Both the position numbers and the translations under genes were made by a program. The notes beneath the pieces are model-generated. The model ran no database searches. It was not told the origin of the DNA and was given only the letters and a program-made list of their open reading frames with translations. From Owenia fusiformis (taxonomy: Eukaryota): a DNA stretch of 64,000 bases. Below are positions 53,001-64,000 of the stretch, piece after piece (position 1 is the stretch's first letter; each line of letters starts with the position of its first letter). The stretch is taken from positions 49,042,001 through 49,106,000 of the forward strand of contig CAIIXF020000001.1 in the NCBI GenBank assembly GCA_903813345.2, in the 5' to 3' direction.

Positions 53001-56000
53001 AAGAGTCAAATGCTGAGGCTAGAATCAGGGGATTATTGCAATAAACAATTTATGACATGTAAAGTGCTATCTTTTAACCTGTGGAAACTACAAGTTGCAG
53101 TATTTAACAAAATCCAAAACGTCATAATAACTGAATTCTAATTATAATAATGATGTTCTCCCTCAAATGTGGTCTAGTTGCCTAGTAAACTAGCCAGATC
53201 ATTTATACAATATTTCTGTAAGAATAACACCTTATAGTATGGTACTATGTTATGACACAGACATTGGTCTTTCAACCCTTATCAAATTCACCTTCAGTAG
53301 AGTTGGGGTACATAAGGTGGGAGGTAGGTTATCCTGTTCCCGGACTATAGTCCTGCACTGAGCGCATTCATTTGCCTGTACGATTACAACTTGGGAGAAT
53401 TATCTACGCCCCTTACACTTAAGATACCTACCTCAATGCATTATAGAACTCAAGATGTAACTTCTAATATATTGGAACCGCCGATTGTCTGGGTATATCG
53501 GCAGAACGGGAACATTTTCTCTTTTTCATCGAGAGAGATTCCATCACTTTTCAAAATGGCGGTTGGATTTAAAAGGGGAATCCCCCGTTTGGCTGTCCCG
53601 GATGTAGCCCGGAAGTACCAATATGGAGGAATTTGACGGTTGAAATAAGTTAAATGTTACACGCAAATATTGCGATCAAAAACGAAAATGTCTTCGTTCT
53701 GCCGATAAACCCAGACAATTGTGGATTCAACTACACGAAAAGAATGCTAAATTACCAAGGAATCTATTGAAGTAGGTATCTGAAGTGTAAGATCAGTAAA
53801 AAATTCTCCCAAGTTGTAATCGTACAGGCAAATGTATGGGTTCAGTACAGGACCATAGTCCGGGAACGGGATAAGGAGGTAGGCATTTCATGGGTTTGCA
53901 GCAAGACTACAGAAAAGCATAACTCCCCATGATGTTTACTAGATGTGTTGAGGTCAATGCAGTAAAGAGACCCAGGTCAGAGACTCAGAATTTAGTACTG
54001 GTAAAGAGAATCATACTACTGCTAAAAAATAGCATTTGGTTTTAATTACTGCATCAGTTTGAATGCAGTTGCTTTTCCAAACTTGAATGTAAAATACAAA
54101 ACAACAAAATGGTGATATAAATCTTACTTGGTACAACAGTTTTGTGACATATAAGTTAAAGAGACAAACGATCCTTGCAATTTTTTGTTTTAAAGATGTT
54201 TAACCATTGACATTAACTTCAGTCATTCTTTGTGTTGGTTGATTTCATTCATATCTGATCCGAACGGTTTTGAAACAATATTTTGTAACATTTATATCAT
54301 CATACTGCTGGTCAGCAGTATATTTCATATATAATTTATGATACTTGAACTCTTTTGGCCTGGAGACTTGATTTATTCACAGTTTGGGGAGCTTGATGTT
54401 ATAAGCTACTGTCACTTGTTGTTCAAGTGTAGATTACCATACAATAGGTTGTATAAATCTTCAGAACTCTGTTATCACTCAACTGCTATGCTAGAATTTA
54501 ACAAGAATTTTAGGAAACGACTATACATGTGATTTGTTAGACCAAACTTTTGGAAACTATTCAAACTATATTACGTACCATGCATTCTGTTTTATAGTAA
54601 TAATTCAGTCATTTTTAATTTTAAACAGATCAAATCTGTTTTAACAATTTTGGTAAGATGCAGTTTAAATTCAGCATTAAATCTCAGCACTGTATGTAAA
54701 ATGATTCAGGGGGGGGGTCAAACCAAAAGGATATGATTGAAGTTTATGTATCAAAACCAGTCATCAAAAGAGTAATTTTTTCTTAGTTCTATGCTCAAAA
54801 GTCATCACAACAGTTACCATTTAAAGTTTTCAGATTTCTTTCAAGCAGTGACATGTAAACAAAACACTTGTGCTGTTTGTAAAACATGATAAGTTATTTA
54901 TTCTTTTCTATTGTAAAAACTAGATATCACTGTGATATTTGCCAAGACAGGGGTTTCATAGAATTTCTAACAATGGGCTAAATTAATGAAAACAACAGGC
55001 AAAATTAATGGAAATCATAAATTTAACATGGAAAAGTCCCTAAAAAAACAGGCAATTTTGCCTGTTGCCTGTGGCTTATAAAACCCCTGCAAGGTCTCAT
55101 TTTTTACCTATTTTCAGTATTTTGACGAAAGTTGAATTTTAGCCAAATGGATCCGAATGTTGCATTTTTAGATTCATATGGATTTTCAACTTGGTGTAGT
55201 ATAAATTGTAATTTTTATTGTGTCTAAATAGTTTGTGAATTAAGATGGAATGAGGTTGAGATGGTGCAGTGCCAAGATTTCTATATACGGGTCATTGACT
55301 CCCTAACTTCATGTATCTTGCTGATCATTCTGTATTCTCATAAGATAACTGGAAGAAAGTACTATCTTTAGGTTGAAAATGGATTATATAATATGATTAA
55401 TTATGCCTTTGGAGGAAAATTGATTAAAATTGATCTTGATTAAATATGTGATTGTTAATTCATACTTCATATTTAGATTAAAGTGTAAATATAGACTACT
55501 CAGTAGCTGAAGGAGGTAATTATGATCATGTATCATGATGATATGTAAATAACCACTTGTTAATCTGATTCCCTTAAACTTGTTAGCACATTTGATAAGT
55601 ATGCACTTAACAGATTAATTACACCAATAAATATTCATGAACTGAAACTTACAAAAGCCAAAATGTCTGCCCTGTGATGTAAATTTAAGTTGTTGCAAAA
55701 TCAAGTTTTGTAAGGTCAAGATTGAAGCCATAGGAATTTATTCCAGTATTGTAAACCATGGTATCTCTTTCCATCTCAAGTATGAGGTATCAGGCTTTGG
55801 TTAGAAAGAGGAAGATATAGTGAGCATTTATAGTGAGGGATTTATTTCTTGGAATGTATAATTAAAAACTCGCCAATAATTATCATGTGATATCATTTCT
55901 GTTATTTTTTGTTGCATCGGGAAAAGAAACTGGGAAATTACTAAGAAAACATATTACTAAAAGTATGTATAGATTGATAAAAGATAAGAATAATTGTTTT

Positions 56001-59000
56001 TCTAAAAAAAGAAACTGCAAGAAATCAATTTTCCCAGATGGCCTGGCCCATTTGTTATGTCCACATCCATATTTATTAATTGCTCACATGGTGAGCTATT
56101 GCATGCAATCACTCATTTGGCCATCTTTCTGTTTGTCAATTCATGTCTGTCAACAATAGTGACACGTTGTATAACCTCTTCCTACGAACGACCCTTGTAT
56201 ATAGACCATAGGCGTAGCCAGGGGTTGGGGATGCGATGTAACCAATAACCTTGTATAACCATGAGATAGAAGAAGAAAAGAGCTTTAAATTGCTTTTTAT
56301 TTGAAACTTCTAGCTCAGATTTGAAGGAAGTTGCATCAATATTTGTAAAATTCAAGATAAATCTTATTTTTTGGCTTGTTTATGCCACAATCGCACACCT
56401 CCCCCTGGGTGAAAACTGAAAATATTTTGGTGATTGCACCCCCGATTTTTTTTGACACGACAATCTCGGGATCATATCTCGATCAAATAGTAAGTGATGA
56501 CAATTTGCATTTTAATGCCTTGTTTGAAGTCGTATTGATACAAAAAAGCCATATGACTGGAGGTTCAAAGGCTCGGCTGTTTTCAAAATCACCGCTGCTT
56601 CTATTAGAGAGAATTAACATTTTATACTCATGCTCTGTTTGGTCCTAATACCTCAAAATATTATCAATAAGTAGAAATAATAGCAAGGTTTCCGATTTAG
56701 ACGTTAGATAAATTAGCAAGTTACACGTTCATCAATTTCTGCTAAAACATTCCATTGAAATAATGTAGGGGCTGAAAATCATAAAGCAACTAAAAGTGAC
56801 ATCCTGCACCAACCTGGTCAACCCCAATGTCATGCTATGTCTGTATTTCAAATTCAGTTTCTGGATCATTTCCTGGACAATGTAAAAGAAACAAATGAGT
56901 TGTTTTGAGAGGCATCTGGTGCTACTAAACACCTGATAATCCTAACACTGGGAAGTTTTGCTGATCTTTTCACCCCAGAATACTAGAATGGAACTTGATC
57001 TTCCCCAATTCTCCAAGATATGAGAGATGGGGTTTTCAACACTTGATGGATAATGTTCAGTGAAACAGGATTTCATATTTTGACTTTTGCTGTTAAGCCA
57101 CAAATGTAGCTCAGATATATACATGTACTCTTGACTCATGCTTGTAAAGTTGAAATACCACTAAGGTGTTGATAGATGATACCCTCATAACTGTCACTTC
57201 CAGGAATGAATATTTATAAAGTAATTTGAATAAAACTTCCAAAATAAATCAGTGAAGTTTATAATTTGATAAGCAATCAATTTCTAATTTCCATCATTGT
57301 GAGATCCACAGTATCTACTTTCACTTGGAATAAAGCTTTAGATAAAGAGAGACTCTGATAATCAGAATGCATTTCCATAGTTTCATGCTTACTTAAAGTG
57401 GCAACAAAGACTAGATACCAGATGAGAGTAGTTTTCTAAACAATTTTCACAATTTTGAGCATTTTTTGCAATATAGCATTCCACATCATAAGCTCATTCT
57501 CTGTCAGTTTTCTTTCTAGAAACAAATAACGTACTGCATAATAAGAAGATGTAATAAGTATCAGATTGGGAGACAAGAACAGACAAAACAACAACAGTAA
57601 ACAAATCATTCCACATGACATGACGATTGAAACAAATGTTTGGATTAAACATCCCAAATGTAACATGTAAAAAGACTGATGATAAAACATCTTTTTCAGA
57701 GCTATTCAGGACTTTGAAATACCCAAAGTTTTCAAAAATGAAAATATATTCTTCAAAATGATACCGGACACAAAACAATAGATTTAAAACACGAAGATAG
57801 TACGATAAGGGATGATGTGAAATGTGAACATAATATGGGGTAGGCTTTCTCCAAGATTAAAACATGTTGATATGTATATGTATGGTGTTTGTCTGATCTT
57901 TCACTCATGTATATGTAAAATACACAGAGTGAAATGAAATCTGATATCTGGTATGCTCTGAATTGACAGATTTGCACCAACTGTCATCAGTAGTAGCTAA
58001 TGTTATTGTAAAAAGAAGAGAATAAAAAACTATAGTATGAAATTTAATATGGATGTGTATAGAAAGGTACAGTCTTATTGGGATCCCTTTAAGGACTTAG
58101 AAAATTTCATGAAAACGCAATTATAGATTTTTGAAAAAAAAGTTCAAAATATTCTTGACTGATATGTGTATTTTCATTTTCTTGAAAAATATAGTGAATA
58201 TTTTTGTAAAAAATATGATTTCTGGCCCATTTCTGTAACCACTCCCATCATGGCAGATTATTTGTGAAATCTAGTGTTCTTTAGAAAATGTAGTAAATAA
58301 AGCCTTAAAAACAATTTTCAAGTATTATTTAAGTGAATTATGCATAATGTAATCCCTACTGAAATGTATCCAGCAGATTTATGTGTGATGATGCATGATA
58401 TGTGGCATAAAAAGGGATTATAATCCAGACCCCCATTATTTACCCTTCTCAATTGAATAGAACCATGGTTCATTGAATGGACAAATTCACTGTGAGCTAT
58501 GTTCTCCACCACTTTTATTTTTAGCTGTGCAGATGTAAAATTGAATTAGGCAACATTTTCAGTTGCAAAAAAAGTGGTGGAGAACATAGCTCATATAGTT
58601 TTTTGGACTTCTTTGGTATTTTTTCTAAAACATTTCTGCCACCATTTTGGATACAATGCCACCTATTTGGGAGTTGCCAGACATGAAGGCTATCAATTTT
58701 CAAAAGATTTTCTAGGTGACTCTCTCCATGATGCCAAAGGCTTGCCTTTATCCTAGGATAGTGATACTGACATGGAATAGTTTTAAAATAACTAAAATAT
58801 ATGTTAGGGGTTGGGTCAAAATATCGATGTCAATCGAAAAAGGTAATTAATTTCATTAGGGGGAGGGGGTCAAACACTGATTTCATTAGGTGACGGACAT
58901 CGATTTTCGTTTTCCTAGGAATTTCAATTTTCAAGATTTTTGGTTTTGTTACAAGGGGAAGGGGGGGGGGGGGTGGTTTAGACCTAAATAAGTTAATTAC

Positions 59001-62000
59001 GTTTTTTTGATGGACATCGATATTTTGATCCGACCCCTTAGAAACTGTACATTCAACTTTCAGCAACTGTACCTATTGGTATCCATAGTAATTCAATAAA
59101 TACTAATATGTTGTATCAAAGCTTTAAAATATTAATATCAAATATATTACAATACAATATTTTGACAGTATACCAGTACATGTATTTTGACTAAAACATT
59201 TTCAAACATTTTCTTTGTGTTAAGTATGGTGTAAATGCTACTCAAAGGCTATTAAGATACCTATTCCCCATGGAAATAAATGTAAAGTCAGGTTTAACTT
59301 ATGATTTTATTTTATTTAGGTATGTTTAAGGAAATTACTTGATCATTAGATTGATTTTACAAACTTGACCTTTTTGCACCCAGTGACCTCATTGGCTCAT
59401 CATTTGACCTTAATTTTGAAATATTATTGTGAAGTACATTTGTGAGGATACTCTAGATGCAAAATAAATTTGATTCTGATGGGGGCAGAAAAGGGGGTCT
59501 GTTGGGACGGTACCTTTGTTATGAAGTTTGCTTTAGGGTAACCCAGAATGGTTTATTGTGAAGTTTCCAATGTGTTTATACGTATTATATGTTTCATTTA
59601 CCATGTGGATGTTTCCAAAAAGGGATGAGTGAATTTTAGATAAAGGCAGAACTCTATGTGAAAGTCTAACTGGGGTTACTTGATCAATAGTTGGTTGCCT
59701 GATCTAGATCAGACTATATAGGAAGACTGACTAATGTGTCACGCCATAATATTTTTAATAGCAAATATATATCTAATTATAACATAACTATTTTTCGTCT
59801 TATTTGAAGTTCCTTGTTCAGTTTCGGATATAGTGTTCTCGAAATGAGACATAAATGAGTATCATGTACTTAAGATGCAGTTCAAAAAAGAAAATTGAAA
59901 TATGCCCTCTTCAAAAACTCTAACTTAAAGCACCAAGCAAATTAGTATTGGTTCAACCAGGAATCGAACCTAGGCAATTGCATTGTGGTTACATAAATGT
60001 GCTATCATTGATGCATCATTCTACATGGGTAGGGGTGGGAGGTTTGACAAAATAAATAAATAAAATTTCCCAACCCTTGGAGCAATAATCTGGTCAAATA
60101 AAGTCAATATTCCTTTTATTGGGAATATGCATTTCAAAAGTGCCCAGGAGGAAGTACAATGTCAAAATCCCACCCCTGGGACAATTTTGTATGTCAGATT
60201 TTGGATGCTTCACATATGATTGGGGGGATCTCACATAAACCTTTCAATGGTGCATGGCTACAGAGGTGCACTTGGACTTATGTTTTTCCTGGACCTTCAT
60301 TCATCTTGGATCTTGGTGCTCTGCTATTCTTTGATATATTATTGCTAGCTACATCATATGTTGTTTTGATTTTCTATTTTTAACTTGTTTATTTGATTTC
60401 AGGTAAAAACTAATAAAGAAGATATAGATAATTTAAAAAATAATGGAGGGGTAAGTTGTGATATTTTTATTTTGTATGTCATTCTTAAAAATGATATTTG
60501 GAGTTTCTAACTTTTGAAAATAAAATATGATGTTTGATGACAACATTTGCATTGTTTCATTAAATGTTTTCTAAGATGTAAATATATCACTTATGTTTAG
60601 TGTATGGTCTACTTGAGCCTTTATTTTCTTTACTTTCACATTTTTACTCTAACTTTAGATATGTTTCAACATGTAGATCCCACTAATCTCAAAAGAATAC
60701 AATAAATACAGGCCAGAATTGTTGACATAAAATGCTGGTATTTTATTGTTTAATTGTAGAGCAATTTAGAGACTCGGGTCCAGAGTTTAGAGCAGAGCTT
60801 AGCTAACCTACAGCCCACTGGGAGTGTTCTACAACAACTCAATGAGCTCACGTCGCAAATTGCTGCACTCTCAACAAGGGTAAGGACAGTACTTTGAACT
60901 TTGGCTTCCATGCTCTCAGTGTATTATCTTTATGGTGCCTCGGTCAAGTCTGTTAATGCCATTATGGAGGTGTTGTTTAAAATATTGTTCAGTTATGAAA
61001 ATTCTTTGATTTCATCATCATGTGAAATGGCTAAGCACATTGTTGCATATCAGAATTTATGTAATATTACAAAACCGATACAAGTTTGCATATCCCAAAT
61101 ACGTTATAATGTTTTATTCTTTCTTGTGTCCTTCACTTGTACTTTTTTAAGGTTTATGTATTTGCAATATGAACTTACTGCTTATTACATACTAGGAAGG
61201 TAAATCAATACATTACTGGCCCCCCTCATCAGGGCTTTCATATGATTCAACAACAATGTGGAATTTAGTCTTGCAAAACAAGACTCTTAAAAGGCTCAGA
61301 TGCTGGACAAAGCATCCTCAAATTCTCCTTATCAACTCCAAGGAAAAAATAATCAATCAACAGTAATTGATATTTAGTGTTTCAATACATGGATATTTTC
61401 CAAATTATGAAGAAGGTTTCAGCTAGATATATTAAAAATGAAAAATAGCATTTTTGTATGTACTCAATAAATCAGCTGGTTCAATGTTGTATTTCAATTA
61501 TAATTTTGACCTTATAGGTTAGCTCTTTAGAATCTGGTAGTGGTGGAGATGCAACTTTAGCTGAGAAGGTATAAGTTGCAGAATGACATGATCATTGTAA
61601 ACCTTTTTTACTTCCAATTTACCTACAGTGAATTGGCCTCTTCAAAAATCTAAATCTTGATATACATATATTGTTAATGCATGTATTTCTATGATACAGG
61701 ACTATCTGAACTTCATAAATATAAGTCTTTCTCCCCAACATCTGTAGTGTAATTTAATAATTTCTTTGTGTAGAAAATTCCAAAGGAGTGTACAGTAGAA
61801 CACCGCTGTTAGTGGAACACCTCTAGAATTGTAACACCTCTAGAAGTAGAATACCTCTAGAAGAGGAACATCTCTGTCTTTTTGTTAAATGAACATTTAG
61901 AAATGGAACACCTCCCAAGTGGATCACTTTTTATTACACATACCAAAGTTGTTCCACCTAGAAAGGATTTACTGTACATGATATTGATGTCATTCAGTTT

Positions 62001-63194
62001 GAAGATATTGTAACTTCTGATGAATATTTCAAGTCATTCAATACCCTTATCCCTGTTAAGTTTATGTTAGTTAAGAATATAGTATGGATTGCAATAGATG
62101 CTGACTCTGCACCATGTTATTGGTGCATCTCAGTCCATTTATGTCTGTAAGTACCTTTCTTCATCCAGCCTTAAATACATCGTGCTATATTGTAGAAACA
62201 AACCCTGAAATCACATTTATCTTTCACGGAACATGTCTCTCTGTGTATATCTACACATCAGTGACACATTTATAATTCTTTACAGCAATTTGAATTTTTT
62301 CATTTCTTAATAGGGCCTTTAAAGTCTTCAATTGTCCCAGATAAGAAGTTGCATCTTTAAAGGTGGCCACTTTTATTTCCAAAAATCAGGGTTCATCGTG
62401 TGAGCCCAGTACCCATGGTACTATTCATGATATTTCATTTTCAGGAAATACACCAAGTATGAAGCCTTATGATAACTGATTCTACTTTTACAGGATAATA
62501 TGAAATGTATATTGTTACATGTACAATGTATTATATTTTCTCAAAAATAATTGCAAGATAACGAAACATTACTAGTCTGGTTATGTACTGCAACATCCTC
62601 ATTGATGTGTACCAGTATTTGAGAAGGTTTTTCATAGAATATGCTACACTACTCATACTTGTATATGTTGAAAGAACATATAATACATAATACATTCCCC
62701 ATAAATATTTATGATTGTTAAACAATGGTGAGTGAGAGTATTAAGTGGTAAATGTTTTCAGTTCTAAAACTTATACAAATGAGAGAATCTAGCATACAAT
62801 ACATTCATATTCTTCATAACAAATCCTGTATATGTTTTAGAAACAAGACGATAATGATACATGTTCAGTATTTATCTTTTATTGACTCTTATCATATCAC
62901 ATGACCAAACAAATGCCTAGTTTCATAATCTCCAGGATCCACCTCAATTTTTTTATCAACAGATTTTATTGCAATTGATTCGAATAAGTACATGTCAAAA
63001 ATGAGGTACCCATTCACCAGTGGCATAATAGGTGTCACCTCAATCATCGAGCATTAATTGCTGGTGGTAGCACCCATGTTGTACCCAAGTTTATTATATA
63101 GTATCTTGCATTGTATGATTAGGTGGAAAATTTAGAGAATGCTCCAACAGCCAGTCCCGGAGGAGGTGCTGACCTGAGGAGAACCAAAAGACGG
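47025..63194 (+). CDS. CUBN: Cubilin, N-terminal part (signal peptide, furin site, amnionless-binding region, coiled coil); continues beyond the window
   Basis: Exons 47025-47122, 51258-51393, 60403-60450, 60760-60879, 61518-61568, 63123-63194 are in phase. MNVNFSSILAYFALLVPFSSQTTRQKRDATDTQPKIITNNGHLMFQTGVNHNITFQS...VKTNKEDIDNLK resembles the vertebrate cubilin start as I recall it (RQKR..QPRMATERGNLVFLTG..NIEF...IQKNKEDIIELK). No EGF or CUB domain is visible in the window. Confidence 0.85.
48288..50138 (-). pseudogene. Truncated hAT (ZNF862-like) transposase with C-terminal dimerisation domain, interrupted by an insertion
   Basis: Exons 50138-50091, 49922-49767, 49517-48989 (split by 49105-49482) and 48790-48288. 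FPLLSAIAECLLVIPVSNAWPERGFSKMRLIKSRLRSQL..MLNSLLMISINGP is the hAT dimerisation motif. Confidence 0.88.
49105..49482. mobile_element. 378-bp non-autonomous element with a 9-bp TSD (AcademH-like termini)
   Basis: GTTCTTAGA|TACCCTGCGTGCA...TGCAAAGGGTA|GTTCTTAGA. Removing it restores the transposase frame (DYGTTEILALRTKF). Confidence 0.88.
53329..53874. mobile_element. Fold-back MITE with ~200-bp arms and a 9-bp TSD
   Basis: GGAGGTAGG|TTATCCTGTTCCCGGACTAT...ATAGTCCGGGAACGGGATAA|GGAGGTAGG. Confidence 0.9.
54948..55089. mobile_element. 142-bp MITE related to the ends of the 47515-50776 hAT element
   Basis: CAAGA|CAGGGGTTTCATA...TATAAAACCCCTG|CAAGG; shares AAAACAACAGGC subterminal motifs. Confidence 0.8.
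58807..59037. mobile_element. PIF/Harbinger-type MITE
   Basis: TTA|GGGGTTGGGTCAAAATATCGATGTC...GACATCGATATTTTGATCCGACCCC|TTA. Confidence 0.85.
61793..61974. mobile_element. pogo/Tc1-type MITE remnant
   Basis: TA|CAGTAGAAC...TTTACTG|TA, with internal GAACACCTCTAGAA repeats. Confidence 0.6.
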
Positions 63195-64000
63195 GTATAT
63201 ACATACAAGATATTGAGTATATTACCAGAAGACTCCTGGAGCTTAAAATTCCTAAGTCTATCAGAGTTTTACTATGACATCATGATTTCCATGTTAACAA
63301 AAATGTTCAAAATAGATGCAGGAATTTTTTAGCTAAGAATGTTCTGGTAATTTATGCCTGGTTGCCAAATCACTGGCAGGTGATTCTCTTCAATTTGATG
63401 TGATCATTTCAACTGCTTTGCCCTTTTCTGGATACCAGGTTTCCAAACTCACCACCAGGTGGCTGAGGCCTTAATGAAGTGAACTTAGGGAGAATGAATT
63501 ACCTGAAAAAGTGGCTGATACTCAAACCACAAAGTGGACCCTTAGCAAGTGGTGCATCTATCAGATTAGCTCCCATCCCCTTCAAACACAAAAGTTGGGC
63601 AAAATTGGTAGTAGGGGGGATTCATTTCAGTAAAGTATCTACATCATCATATGAAAAAAGAAAAACGCAATATATGAAAACATTATTTAGACAAAATATA
63701 CCCCAGCAGTGCTAACAGCCGACATATCAAACTGAAGATTTTGATCTGACAAGTGAAAGAAACTAGGATAATTTTGCATGTGCATTGTGATTTTTTTAGG
63801 AAACTGAATGGCTCTGAATGATTTATGAAAATTGAATCTACAATATATATATATATATATGAAAATTACATGTAAAGGATGCTGAACCTTTGTGTTCTAG
63901 GGTCGCCTTAGTTTAGGATTATAAAATTAAAAATGTGCTGCATTTTGATATAATATGCCATGAATAAATATTCTTCCCAAAACTTATTTTTTAACAAACA

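Noticed and set aside
59950..59990. Possible tRNA (GGTTCGATTCC B-box on the minus strand)
   Set aside because: No cloverleaf or acceptor stem could be built; at most a tRNA-derived SINE remnant.

Overview
AT-rich, intron-rich genomic DNA from an animal, probably an invertebrate; it is not prokaryotic, and most ORFs in the track are exon fragments or noise. Manual GT-AG splicing, checked for reading-frame phase, recovers four host genes. (1) RER1 (+, CDS 8527-12487) has two tandem-duplicated alternative last exons. (2) A GLUT/SLC2A hexose transporter (-, 34907-17286) has 12 coding exons and a probable alternative first exon. (3) A complete 10-exon, 519-aa secreted 'choice-of-anchor B' family protein (-, 44235-37270) belongs to a family best known from bacteria and fungi. 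(4) The 5' part of cubilin (+, from 47025, running off the window) has a coiled-coil stalk built from phase-0 mini-exons. Introns and intergenic DNA are full of non-autonomous DNA transposons: a Transib-like element, 5-bp-TSD hAT-type, 9-bp-TSD, Tc1/mariner, Harbinger, Kolobok-like and Helentron-like elements, several of them nested. Cubilin intron 1 holds an internally deleted, spliceable hAT transposase that is itself interrupted by another element. One minisatellite consists of tandem copies of an exon end plus its splice donor. All family names come from recognised motifs, not database searches.
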